Shown here piece by piece: positions 42,140 to 50,907 of a stretch of 64,000 nt of DNA. Source of the DNA: Hallerella sp. (GTDB lineage Bacteria > Bacillota_I > Bacilli_A > RFN20 > CAG-826); NCBI GenBank assembly GCA_963648925.1, contig CAVJFO010000015.1, positions 39,383-103,382 on the forward strand. Direction: 5' to 3'. The first letter of the stretch is position 1. The number at the start of each line of letters is the position of its first letter. The position numbers were made by a program, and so were the translations under genes. The notes beneath the pieces are model-generated. The model was not told the origin of the DNA, ran no database searches, and worked only from the letters and a program-made list of their open reading frames with translations.

Positions 42140-43018
42140 CTATTTATTTTCTTCTTTGTTTTCGACAACTTCGACGTCTTCAACGACTTCTGTTTCGTCT
42201 TCTTTATTTTCTTCTTTGCTTTGTTTTGAACCTTTTACGCGACGTGCTTTAACGATTTCGCCAATTGTTAATATAGCCATGGCAACGCCTGCTAAGACAA
42301 GAATAACGCCTAAGATAATTAAGGCAATCATGCTTGTTAAATCTGTATTTCCCGCTAAGAGGCAGATAACGACAATTCCTAATGCAATTAACGCTGCCCC
42401 GAAAACTATTTCAATAATTGGGAGATAGATTTTATAAAGCTTTGAGACAATAAATCCAACGGCAAATAAAACCAAGCTTAAACCAGCGATAATTAATAAT
42501 GTTCCAGAGAAGACGGCTAAGAATGTTGTTATAACTCCGATAACGTCTCTAAGACCGTTGTTATAACCAACAACGATAGCAACGCCAGCTGCTAATTCGA
42601 TGGTTCCACCGATTACTAAATCATATGATAATTTAGATTTGATTGCCGCTTTAACGGTCGCATCAACAACATTTCTTCCGATAACTGGTAAGAAGTTAAC
42701 AATAATTTTTAATGCTCCACCAACAATTAAGAAGATACCTGCAATCATGATGATTGTAGAGATGACTTGTATGTAGGCTTCTGATTTATTGCTTGAGCTT
42801 TCCGCTTTAGCGATAAAAACAAAACAAATGACGCCAAGAGCAAATATCAAGGCCGCCTCTAAGAAATTCCATATAGACCAAACTAAGCCGCCCTTAGACG
42901 TGTCTATAACATGTTTTTCTTTCTTAACCTTAGCCTCTTTGACTTCGGTTTCATCATTTTTAGAAGAAGTTTCACTTTCGTTATTTTCTTCCGTTGTGGT
43001 TAATTCCTTTTCTTCCAT
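42140..43018 (-). CDS. hypothetical polytopic membrane protein with acidic termini
   Basis: 292-aa ORF with about 7 Gly/Ala/Ile-rich TM segments and Glu-rich N- and C-termini. It may be DUF308/HdeD-like, but I cannot verify that. Confidence 0.65.
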   Translation of the reverse strand: MEEKELTTTEENNESETSSKNDETEVKEAKVKKEKHVIDTSKGGLVWSIWNFLEAALIFALGVICFVFIAKAESSSNKSEAYIQVISTIIMIAGIFLIVGGALKIIVNFLPVIGRNVVDATVKAAIKSKLSYDLVIGGTIELAAGVAIVVGYNNGLRDVIGVITTFLAVFSGTLLIIAGLSLVLFAVGFIVSKLYKIYLPIIEIVFGAALIALGIVVICLLAGNTDLTSMIALIILGVILVLAGVAMAILTIGEIVKARRVKGSKQSKEENKEDETEVVEDVEVVENKEENK

Positions 43019-43061
43019 GAATTAATCCTCCTTTAAACAAAGAAAATAATACATTATTTTT

Positions 43062-43391
43062 TCAAAGATAGTTACTAAATTCATTTTCAATAGCAACACT
43101 TGTTAAACTTTTAAAAGGGATTTCAACATTTTCAATGACTATGATTTTTTCTAATATTGATATTTCTCTTATTTTTCCGTGAATCGTGTAGATGTAACCG
43201 TTATGCCAATATTTGACGATTAGTGTTTCATCACTATGATTTGAAAGAACTTCATTTATTTCTTCTGCTTTGTCCGATGACATTTGCGGACACGGGATTT
43301 TATTTCTCTCATATTCTAATTTGGCTAGGTAATCCGCTTGCCTTTCTAACGATTTGTAAGGCGCCCATTTTAATTTTCCTCGATCGTTCAT
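43062..43391 (-). CDS. YolD-like protein
   Basis: 109-aa ORF overlapping the 3' end of the Y-family polymerase gene by 4 nt. This is the usual partner arrangement (yolD-uvrX, yqjX-yqjW), and the W.PYKSL start fits the family. Confidence 0.55.
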   Translation of the reverse strand: MNDRGKLKWAPYKSLERQADYLAKLEYERNKIPCPQMSSDKAEEINEVLSNHSDETLIVKYWHNGYIYTIHGKIREISILEKIIVIENVEIPFKSLTSVAIENEFSNYL

Positions 43392-44623
43392 TCTCTATGT
43401 CCTCCTATTTGTGTATGCCTCATTTTTATGGTTGAATTTTTGAGTAATGATGAACAACGTAAAACGCTATTTCGACCATACGTATCCCTTATTTTGTCTA
43501 AAGTAAGGTTCAAATCCCTCTCTTTTTTCAATGAGTTTCCATCAATGAAAAGAGATGATTGAAGATACCTAGATGTTGTCAAATTTCCATAAGATATTCC
43601 TAATGCATAGACTCTTTCTTCGCCTATGTGATCATAGAATGCCGCTTTTATATATTCGAAAATTTCTTGTGGAGATTCGCTAGGATAAGGCAAAGAATAT
43701 TCTTTGCTATACAAGCTTGTTTTTCTTGATGCCCAAACGCCGATTTTCTTTGTTTGATACCCGTTTCTCCTTAATCGTTCTGATAAATCATCATTCATTT
43801 CTCTTAAAAGCAACTCACAATCTTTAACTGCGTATGGATGAATTAAGGTTTGCCCGTTAGATAAGGACGGATGCAATGGAACGACTTTTTCTCTTATGTC
43901 AGAATCGTCAATTCCGTTAGCAAGGTTTTTTAATTGAACACCCATTATTCCGAATTCTTTTTTTAAAAGATTCACGTCCGCTTTAGCTAGACTTTCGATA
44001 TTATTTATCCCGATTCTCGCTAAATGGTTTTTTGTTCCATTTGCAATTGACCATATTTTGTCGATTGGTTTTATTTTCCATAATTTTTTCTCTACGTCCT
44101 CATAAGTCCATCTAGCTAAATAGGGTTCTTTTTTCTTCCCTTCGGTATCTAAGGCTATTTTGGCTAAAAACATATTTGGGCCAATTCCAGCAGTTGCAAC
44201 CAACCCTAACTTTTCTTTTATTTCATTTTGAATTAGCTTAATTAACCTTTCTGCTGAACCGTAAAGCTTTATGTATGGTCCTAAGTTAAGGAAACTCTCA
44301 TCAACCGAATAAACGTGCAAATCTTCAATCGAGACGTATTTTAGGAAGATGGCGACAACCTTGGTTGATATTTGAAGATAATAAGACATTCTTGGCACGG
44401 CAAATATCATGTTTGGAATATCAGGCAAATCCCTTTTTCTACAAACATTCCCTATTCCGTATTTTTCCTTTAAGTATGGTGTCACAGACATTACAACCGA
44501 AGATTCTGAACGATACGGATCGCAACAAACCAACGGAGTCGTAAAAATATCTAGATGCCTTGCCGCACACTCACATGAGGCGTAGAAACTTTTCAAATCA
44601 ATAATCCCAATGACTTTTTCCAT
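43388..44623 (-). CDS. Y-family (UmuC/DinB-like) translesion DNA polymerase
   Basis: N-terminus IIDLKSFYASCECA and SVDESFL, followed by thumb and little-finger regions. I chose ATG 44623 over the track's TTG 44689. Confidence 0.85.
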   Translation of the reverse strand: MEKVIGIIDLKSFYASCECAARHLDIFTTPLVCCDPYRSESSVVMSVTPYLKEKYGIGNVCRKRDLPDIPNMIFAVPRMSYYLQISTKVVAIFLKYVSIEDLHVYSVDESFLNLGPYIKLYGSAERLIKLIQNEIKEKLGLVATAGIGPNMFLAKIALDTEGKKKEPYLARWTYEDVEKKLWKIKPIDKIWSIANGTKNHLARIGINNIESLAKADVNLLKKEFGIMGVQLKNLANGIDDSDIREKVVPLHPSLSNGQTLIHPYAVKDCELLLREMNDDLSERLRRNGYQTKKIGVWASRKTSLYSKEYSLPYPSESPQEIFEYIKAAFYDHIGEERVYALGISYGNLTTSRYLQSSLFIDGNSLKKERDLNLTLDKIRDTYGRNSVLRCSSLLKNSTIKMRHTQIGGHRE

Positions 44624-45157
44624 GCAACAATTAAAAGAAGTTTTTCGCCGTTTTTTCAGTCTTGACTTTTGAAAGCTAGATTTAATCAAACAAAAACATA
44701 AAAATCTTTACAATCTAATGAAAAATGAGTTTATACAATGACACAAGAAAGTCAAAAATGCAGTAAATATCGATTAAATATTTTTTAGTAGAAAAAAATG
44801 AAAATACGTTTCATAAAGTTACATATAAATTGAACGATAAAAATCCCCAATAAATCTAATTTTTTAAAATAACTTTACAATTTGCGAAATTATTTGTTCT
44901 TAAAAGATGAAACAATTTTTCAACATTGGCGATATATAGCGCTAGATCAATCTTTTCTCTTGAACAATATCTTAAAATCTAAATATATCCATCTATTTGC
45001 TGCTTACGTTGGTGTTTGACGTCCTATCTATTCGTTCCCTGTTTTATTTCGACGGTAAAAAAGAAAAAACTTAGGCTAGCGTCAAAGCTTAATCTTCTAA
45101 CAATTTAAAATGTTCATTTCCATTTTTCTAATTTAAAGAATATAATTGTTCACGCTT

Positions 45158-45233
45158 GGGACATTAGCTCAGTTGGGAGAGCGTCTCGTTCGCAACGAGA
45201 AGGTCGACGGTTCGATTCCGTTATGTTCCACCA
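45158..45233 (+). tRNA. tRNA-Ala (anticodon CGC)
   Basis: 76-nt cloverleaf: acceptor GGGACAT/ATGTTCC with the G3:U70 Ala identity pair, D arm GCTC/GAGC, anticodon stem TCTCG/CGAGA with loop TTCGCAA, T arm GACGG/CCGTT, and encoded CCA. Confidence 0.93.
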
Positions 45234-45245
45234 TCATTACTAATT

Positions 45246-45276
45246 GGTCTGATATAATAATGTCAGGCTTTTTTTG
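45246..45276 (+). terminator. intrinsic terminator after the tRNA
   Basis: GGTCTGA pairs with TCAGGCT (includes G-U pairs), followed by TTTTTTT. Confidence 0.55.
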
Positions 45277-45307
45277 TGCTTAAAATTTAAAAATAATGGA
45301 GATTTGC

Positions 45308-46006
45308 ATGGATATTTATCTTATTGAAACAAAAATGCTCGACTATTCAAACGTTAAAATACAACAACTGATAGAAGAAAGAAAATGGAAACAACTAAAT
45401 GAATTTGAATGTTTAAAATCCATTTATAACTTTGTTCGTGATGAAATATTGTTTGGCTATAACGTCGACGATAGCATTCCCGCTTCAAAGGTTTTAGCTG
45501 ACGGATTTGGCCAATGCAACACAAAAGGGACGCTTTTTATGGCATTACTTAGAGCATGTGGTATTCCTTGCAGAGTTCATGGTTTCACAATAGATAAGAA
45601 ATTACAAAAAGGCGCAATGACGGGAATTGTTTATAAAAATGCACCAAAGAACGTTTTTCATAGTTGGGTCGAAGTCTATTTTGAAAACAAATGGTATGAA
45701 TTAGAAGGCTTTATTTTAGACAAAGAATATTTAAGAAAACTTCAAAAGAAGTTTAGCAACTGTTCGGGGAACTTTTGTGGATATGGCGTAGCAGTGAAAG
45801 ATTTTCAAAATCCGGTTATAGATTTCGAAAGAAACAACACCTACATACAAAGCGAAGATATTACTCAAGATTTTGGCATATACAATTCCCCAGACGAGCT
45901 CTTGAAAGAGCATCATCAAGAAATGTCCAATATTAAAGGATTCGCGTATCGTCATCTAGGTAGGCATTTGATGAATCGTAATGTTAAGAAGATAAGAGAT
46001 AAATGA
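45308..46006 (+). CDS. transglutaminase-like cysteine peptidase superfamily protein
   Basis: Core GFGQCNTKG...HSWVEVY (Cys-His). I chose ATG 45308 because it lies 6 nt after GGAG; the track start 45296 has no RBS. Confidence 0.7.
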   Translation: MDIYLIETKMLDYSNVKIQQLIEERKWKQLNEFECLKSIYNFVRDEILFGYNVDDSIPASKVLADGFGQCNTKGTLFMALLRACGIPCRVHGFTIDKKLQKGAMTGIVYKNAPKNVFHSWVEVYFENKWYELEGFILDKEYLRKLQKKFSNCSGNFCGYGVAVKDFQNPVIDFERNNTYIQSEDITQDFGIYNSPDELLKEHHQEMSNIKGFAYRHLGRHLMNRNVKKIRDK

Positions 46007-46089
46007 ATTGAACGATTCTTAATTTTACTTATACACACTTTTCTAAAATGAAAAATATTTGTTGAAATTTATAAAATTGTATGTAAAGT

Positions 46090-46372
46090 TTTGTTATCGG
46101 CGTCGATGAGGAAGAGTAATTCTTAAGATTCTGATAGAGAGTCCCGGACGGTGGAAGCGGGATAGATGAGGAAGAATGAACATGGCCTTGGAGCTGAAGG
46201 GTGAAATTAAGTAGCCTATTCCGGGTATGCCCGTTATAGCAAATGAGTTTGATAGAACTCTCAAAGATAAGACTAGTGATAGTTTTATGAAGTAAGGTGG
46301 TACCACGGGCAAGAATCAATTCCCGTCCTTAGTGAACATTGATTTGTTTATTAAGGACGGGATTTTATTTTC
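46090..46372 (+). promoter_or_regulatory. T-box riboswitch leader, probable Met (AUG) specifier
   Basis: GA/K-turn GATGAG, AGAGA bulge, distal loop GGTGGAA, F-box CCGTTA and T-box AAGGTGGTACCACGGG (46294-46309). The terminator pairs TCCCGTCCTT with AAGGACGGGA and ends in a T-run. The specifier-loop context GAACAUGG places AUG at 46182-46184. Confidence 0.9.
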
Positions 46373-46390
46373 CCTTCCGGAAAGGAAGAA

Positions 46391-47377
46391 ATGGCATTAC
46401 TAGAAATTAAAAACCTAAGTAAGAAATTCGATGACAAAGTGGTGCTTAATAATGTCTCCCTTCAAATAAATAAAGGGGATATATATGGGATTTTGGGACT
46501 TTCGGGTGCTGGTAAATCCACTCTTGTAAGATGTATAAACTCTTTAGAGACATTTGATGAAGGTGAAATAATTTACGATGGCAAACTTCTTTGCTCCCCT
46601 TCAGAACCAATAAAAAGAGAAGAAAGAAGAAAATTTGGAATGATCTTCCAATCCTTCAATCTTCTTCAGCAAAAAACAGTTCTAGATAACGTTTTGCTAG
46701 GACTCAAAATCAACCACGTTAAAAAAGAAGATAGGAAAAGAATTGCTCTTGAGGCCTTAAAGAAGGTTTCTCTTGAAGATAAGCTTAACGCATATCCAAG
46801 CGAGTTATCTGGCGGACAATGTCAAAGAGTCGCAATCGCTAGAGTTTTAGCACTTAACCCTGAAGTAATCCTCTCAGATGAGGCCACCTCAGCCCTCGAT
46901 CCTGAAACAACTTCGTCAATCCTTGAACTCTTAAAGAGATTGAATAAAGAGTATGGGCTAACAATCATCATGATTTCTCATCAAATGAATGTTATTGAGC
47001 AAATATGTAACAAGGTCGCGATTATTGATAAAGCTAATATTGTTGAAGAAGGAAACTTGTCTGATGTCTTCCTTAACCCTCATTGTGAGATAACGAAGAA
47101 ATTAATTTATTCCACCAAACTGAATACGAATTTGGATACACATAAGGTGATTAGAATTCTCTTTGATGGAAACGTTGATCAGCCTCTTATTTCTAATATA
47201 GTTCACGATTGCAATATTCTTGTTTCAATCGTTTACGCCGATACGAAGGTCGTTGATGGCAAAGCATACGGACAAACAATAATTCGTTGCCCTCAAGAAG
47301 GAAAGGAATTAGAGAAACTAAGAAAGTATCTCACGTTAAAGAATGTTAAATTCGAGGAGGTAGATGATGAATATTGA
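46391..47377 (+). CDS. metN: methionine ABC transporter ATP-binding protein
   Basis: Walker [10 protein letters not shown], signature LSGGQCQRV and a C-terminal NIL domain. Confidence 0.9.
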   Translation: MALLEIKNLSKKFDDKVVLNNVSLQINKGDIYGILGLSGAGKSTLVRCINSLETFDEGEIIYDGKLLCSPSEPIKREERRKFGMIFQSFNLLQQKTVLDNVLLGLKINHVKKEDRKRIALEALKKVSLEDKLNAYPSELSGGQCQRVAIARVLALNPEVILSDEATSALDPETTSSILELLKRLNKEYGLTIIMISHQMNVIEQICNKVAIIDKANIVEEGNLSDVFLNPHCEITKKLIYSTKLNTNLDTHKVIRILFDGNVDQPLISNIVHDCNILVSIVYADTKVVDGKAYGQTIIRCPQEGKELEKLRKYLTLKNVKFEEVDDEY

Positions 47378-48035
47378 TTTCTTGAAAATAACATTAGAAA
47401 CCCTTGGAATGACAGTGATTTCAACAATTCTTGCTTACTTAGTTGGATTGCCGCTTGGAATAGTTCTAAAGATAACTTCAAAGAATGGTCTTCATCCATG
47501 TAAGTGGGTAAATCTAGTTCTTGGAATCATCGTAAATTTCCTTCGTAGCGTTCCTTGCTTGATATTAACCGTCATCCTCTTGCCATTTAATAGGGCTTTG
47601 CTTGGCAGAGGAACTGGAGTTTGGTACGCGATGATCATTCCTCTGTTCTTCTCGACGTTTGCCTACGTTGCTAGAAATGTCGAACAATCGTTGCAAGATG
47701 TCGACAATGGTGAAATAGAGGCGGTTAGATCAATGGGCGCATCGAATTTCCAGATAATTAGATACGTATTGCTTACTGAAGCAAGAAGCTCTCTCCTGAT
47801 TGGATTCACAATCACGGTAGTAAATGTATTGGGCTACACTTCCTTCGCCTACAACATAGGCGCTGGAGGATTAATAAGCGAAGTTTGGTCGTATTACACA
47901 AGACATACGAGCGACTTCCTAACCAGTTGGACTTTCTGGTTAATGATCATCATCGTTGTAGCGCTCGTTGAGATCATTCAAGAATTAGGCCTATTCTTGG
48001 CTAAAAAGGTCGACAAAAGAAAAAAACTTAAATAA
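47364..48035 (+). CDS. metI: methionine ABC transporter permease
   Basis: 5-TM BPD-type permease overlapping metN by 14 nt. Confidence 0.88.
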   Translation: MMNIDFLKITLETLGMTVISTILAYLVGLPLGIVLKITSKNGLHPCKWVNLVLGIIVNFLRSVPCLILTVILLPFNRALLGRGTGVWYAMIIPLFFSTFAYVARNVEQSLQDVDNGEIEAVRSMGASNFQIIRYVLLTEARSSLLIGFTITVVNVLGYTSFAYNIGAGGLISEVWSYYTRHTSDFLTSWTFWLMIIIVVALVEIIQELGLFLAKKVDKRKKLK

Positions 48036-48049
48036 GGAGAAAACAAAAC

Positions 48050-48886
48050 ATGAAAAAATTCACAGGTTTATTAGCTTTTGCAACAATCTTATCTTTAGCG
48101 GGTTGCAATTCAACGGATAGCACAAAAACAATAACCGTTGCCGCTTCAGAAATTCCTCACGCACAAATCTTAAACGATGCAGTTAAACCTTTATTAAAAG
48201 AAAAAGGATATGAACTCAAGGTCACAATCCTTGATTGGACATTACAAAATGATGGTGTTTATAACAATGATTATGACGCCAACTATTTCCAACATCGTCC
48301 ATACCTTCAACAATATGATTCTGGCACAACAACATATTCTGAAAACTACACATACACAAAGGTTTTCCCTGTTGCATCAGTTCACTTTGAGCCATTAAGA
48401 ATATATCCAGGCAAAAAGACAGCTGCTGAATTTGAAACAAACAAAACCACAGCAAGTTATGAAATCTGTAACGATGTCTCCAATGAGATTAGAGCCTTAG
48501 ACCTTCTTGTCTCAGCAGGCGTTATTACCAAATATGATGTTGACGACAAAGGAAATCCTATCAATCTTCCAGAAAACATCCATTTAATCGATGAAAGCTT
48601 ATTGGTTTCCTCATTAAGCGATTATGATTATGCAGTTCTCCCAACAAACAGCGCTCTTACTGGAAAGCTCACTGCCGATCCATCTCTTCCAACTGAAACC
48701 GAAGCAGTTAAAGATTTAAGAGCAAACGTTGTCGCAGCCAATGTTAAAAAATACAACGACGATACCGCTTATAAGACAAAAATCGATGCACTTGCTGACT
48801 GTTTACTTGATAAAACAGTTGACACATATATCCAATCTCAATATTCCGGCGTTATCTCAACCGCTCAAAAAGATTTAAGAAAATAA
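48050..48886 (+). CDS. metQ: methionine-binding lipoprotein (NlpA/MetQ family)
   Basis: Lipobox LSLAGC and MetQ-like length and pattern. Third gene of the operon. Confidence 0.88.
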   Translation: MKKFTGLLAFATILSLAGCNSTDSTKTITVAASEIPHAQILNDAVKPLLKEKGYELKVTILDWTLQNDGVYNNDYDANYFQHRPYLQQYDSGTTTYSENYTYTKVFPVASVHFEPLRIYPGKKTAAEFETNKTTASYEICNDVSNEIRALDLLVSAGVITKYDVDDKGNPINLPENIHLIDESLLVSSLSDYDYAVLPTNSALTGKLTADPSLPTETEAVKDLRANVVAANVKKYNDDTAYKTKIDALADCLLDKTVDTYIQSQYSGVISTAQKDLRK

Positions 48887-48898
48887 GGGATGCGTGTA
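48880..48898 (+). repeat. copy 3 of the 19-nt motif
   Basis: Reads AAAATAAGGGATGCGTGTA, identical to 56051-56069. It straddles the metQ stop codon (48884-48886). Confidence 0.7.
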
Positions 48899-48924
48899 GT
48901 TACTTTTAAATAGTTTTAGATTCA

Positions 48925-48965
48925 GAATTGCACTTGAGGAAAAATATCAAGTGCAATTTTGTTTT
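48925..48965 (+). terminator. intrinsic terminator of metNIQ
   Basis: AATTGCACTTGA pairs with TCAAGTGCAATT, followed by TTTTGTTTT. Confidence 0.8.
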
Positions 48966-49002
48966 ATCGTTGTATAATCGCACAATGTAGGAGAAGTTAA
49001 TA

Positions 49003-50907
49003 ATGTCTAACAATATTAGAATTCAAGATGATTTATATCATTATGTAAACGGTGAATGGCTTGAAAAGGCTGTTATACCTGATGATCGTTCCAGAGTCGG
49101 TGGCTTTTCTGACTTGGATGAAGAAGTGGAAAAAATCCTTCGCGCAGATTTTGCCGCTTTTGCAAACAAAGAGAAAGAAATTCCTCTTCCTGAAATTGAA
49201 GATGCCGTCAAATTGTATAAAAAAGTATTAGACGAAACACGTCGTAACGAAGACGGAATCAAACCAATTCTTTCTTATTTAGAAGAGATTGAAAGTGTTT
49301 CTTCAATTGATGATCTTAACAAAAAAGCCAAGGATTTAGCCCTTGATGGATTTGAACTCCCAATCAATTTTGGCGTTCAAACCGATATGAAAGATGCCGA
49401 AAAGAACTCTTTCCTTATCTTAGGGCAATCAATTATTCTTCCAGATACAACATATTATGGAGATAAGGCTGAAGCTGGCAAACAATTATTAGAAGTATAT
49501 AAAGGAATGGCTAGCGCTTTGTTGAAATATTCTCCATTAAGCGAAGAAGATCAAGAAAAATACCTTGCCGATACTATTGCATTTGACGCTTTGATTTCCA
49601 AAAAGGTTAAGAGTCAACTCGAATGGGCTGATTATGTAAATAACTATAACCCAATGTCAGTAGAAGAAGTTTCTTCTTATCTTAAACCATTCGATTTTAC
49701 CGGATTGCTCCACCAACTTTATGGCGAAAAGATTCCTACGACCATAATCGTAGCCGACCCAAAAGCCATCAAGGAATTTGGTGAATATTTCAACGAAGAA
49801 ACGTTTATCCTCTTCAAACACTGGGCCTACGTTACGTTCTTTATTAGTGCTTCAAAACGTCTTAGCTTACCGATGCACGATATTGCCACATCTTATGGCA
49901 GAGCCCTTTACGGAATTGCTAAAGACCCAATCTTAGAAAAGCAAGCCTATCAATTAGCAAGCCAAGTTTTCTCTGAACCTATTGGTGTCTATTATGGACG
50001 TACTTATTTTGGCGAAGAAGCCAAAAAGGATATTGTTTCCTTAGTAAAACGCATCATCGAAGCGTATAAAGTTCGTATGGCTAATAATACTTTCTTAGCC
50101 CCTGAAACAAAAGAAAAAGCCATTCTCAAATTAAGCACGATCGAAATTAAGATGGGATATCCAGACAAAATCGATCCGTTGTATGCCGAATTAAAGGTTG
50201 AAGAAGATGATTCTTTATTTGCTGCATGCCGTAAAATTTCCAAGAAAAAAGTCGCTAACGAATTAGATAAACTTTTCAAGCCTGTTGACCGTTCTGAATG
50301 GGGGATGCCTGGACACATGGTTAATGCTTGCTATAATCCAGCTGCAAACGATATCACCTTCCCAGCTGCTATTCTTCAAAAACCATTCTATTCCATTCAC
50401 CAATCTGAATCAGAAAATTTAGGTGGCATTGGTGCGGTTATTGGACATGAAATTTCTCATGCTTTCGATAATAATGGCGCTTCATTTGATGAAAAAGGCA
50501 ACTTAAATAATTGGTGGAAGGAAGAAGATTACAAGTCTTTCAAAGAATTAACCAAAGCCATGATTGATGAATTCGATGGAATTGATTTCTATGGCGGAAA
50601 AGTTTCTGGCGAATTAATCGTTTCCGAGAATATTGCTGATAATGGCGGAGTTGGAGTTACCCTTGGCATCATGCATGAAATCAAAGATGCCTCTTTCCAA
50701 GATTATTGGAAGAACTGGGCAAAGATTTGGTGTATGAAAGCACGCCCAGAGATGGTTCAAATCCTTCTTACTAACGACGTCCATGCCCCAGCTGAACTTA
50801 GAGCCAATATTCAACCACGTAACTTTGATGAATGGTATGAGGCATTCGGTGTTACAGAAAAAGACGCAATGTATATTGCGCCTGAGAAACGTGTTCGTAT
50901 TTGGTAA
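49003..50907 (+). CDS. pepO: M13 family metalloendopeptidase (PepO/neprilysin-like)
   Basis: HEISHAFD zinc motif and ENIADNGG, ~630 aa. Confidence 0.9.
   Translation: MSNNIRIQDDLYHYVNGEWLEKAVIPDDRSRVGGFSDLDEEVEKILRADFAAFANKEKEIPLPEIEDAVKLYKKVLDETRRNEDGIKPILSYLEEIESVSSIDDLNKKAKDLALDGFELPINFGVQTDMKDAEKNSFLILGQSIILPDTTYYGDKAEAGKQLLEVYKGMASALLKYSPLSEEDQEKYLADTIAFDALISKKVKSQLEWADYVNNYNPMSVEEVSSYLKPFDFTGLLHQLYGEKIPTTIIVADPKAIKEFGEYFNEETFILFKHWAYVTFFISASKRLSLPMHDIATSYGRALYGIAKDPILEKQAYQLASQVFSEPIGVYYGRTYFGEEAKKDIVSLVKRIIEAYKVRMANNTFLAPETKEKAILKLSTIEIKMGYPDKIDPLYAELKVEEDDSLFAACRKISKKKVANELDKLFKPVDRSEWGMPGHMVNACYNPAANDITFPAAILQKPFYSIHQSESENLGGIGAVIGHEISHAFDNNGASFDEKGNLNNWWKEEDYKSFKELTKAMIDEFDGIDFYGGKVSGELIVSENIADNGGVGVTLGIMHEIKDASFQDYWKNWAKIWCMKARPEMVQILLTNDVHAPAELRANIQPRNFDEWYEAFGVTEKDAMYIAPEKRVRIW

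Noticed and set aside
42084-42428. 114-aa + strand ORF (S/T-rich) overlapping the 292-aa membrane gene
   Set aside because: It is antisense to a much longer ORF with clear TM periodicity. It starts inside the bidirectional terminator and has no RBS.
44624-44900. LexA/Cheo box upstream of the Y-family polymerase
   Set aside because: Only imperfect strings such as GAACAAATAATTTCG (minus strand, about 44887-44901) are present. Their spacing does not fit GAAC-N4-GTTC.
45040-45065. Degenerate tRNA-Ala 3'-end duplicate as an att site
   Set aside because: It shares only an 8-mer (TCGACGGT) and a loose TTCG.TTCC similarity. No integrase is present and no matching second repeat was seen, so I kept it only as a weak remark under the island hypothesis.
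46029-46319. Two minus-strand ORFs (96 and 72 aa) upstream of metN
   Set aside because: They lie entirely within the T-box leader, whose conserved RNA motifs explain the sequence.
48890-48913. 7-codon mini-ORFs starting at the ATG inside the 19-mer (MRVVTFK at 48890-48913, MRVWIKR at 56061-56084)
   Set aside because: The ATG is directly adjacent to the purine stretch, so there is no usable SD spacing. The peptides share only the motif-encoded MRV. The other five motif copies do not open comparable ORFs.
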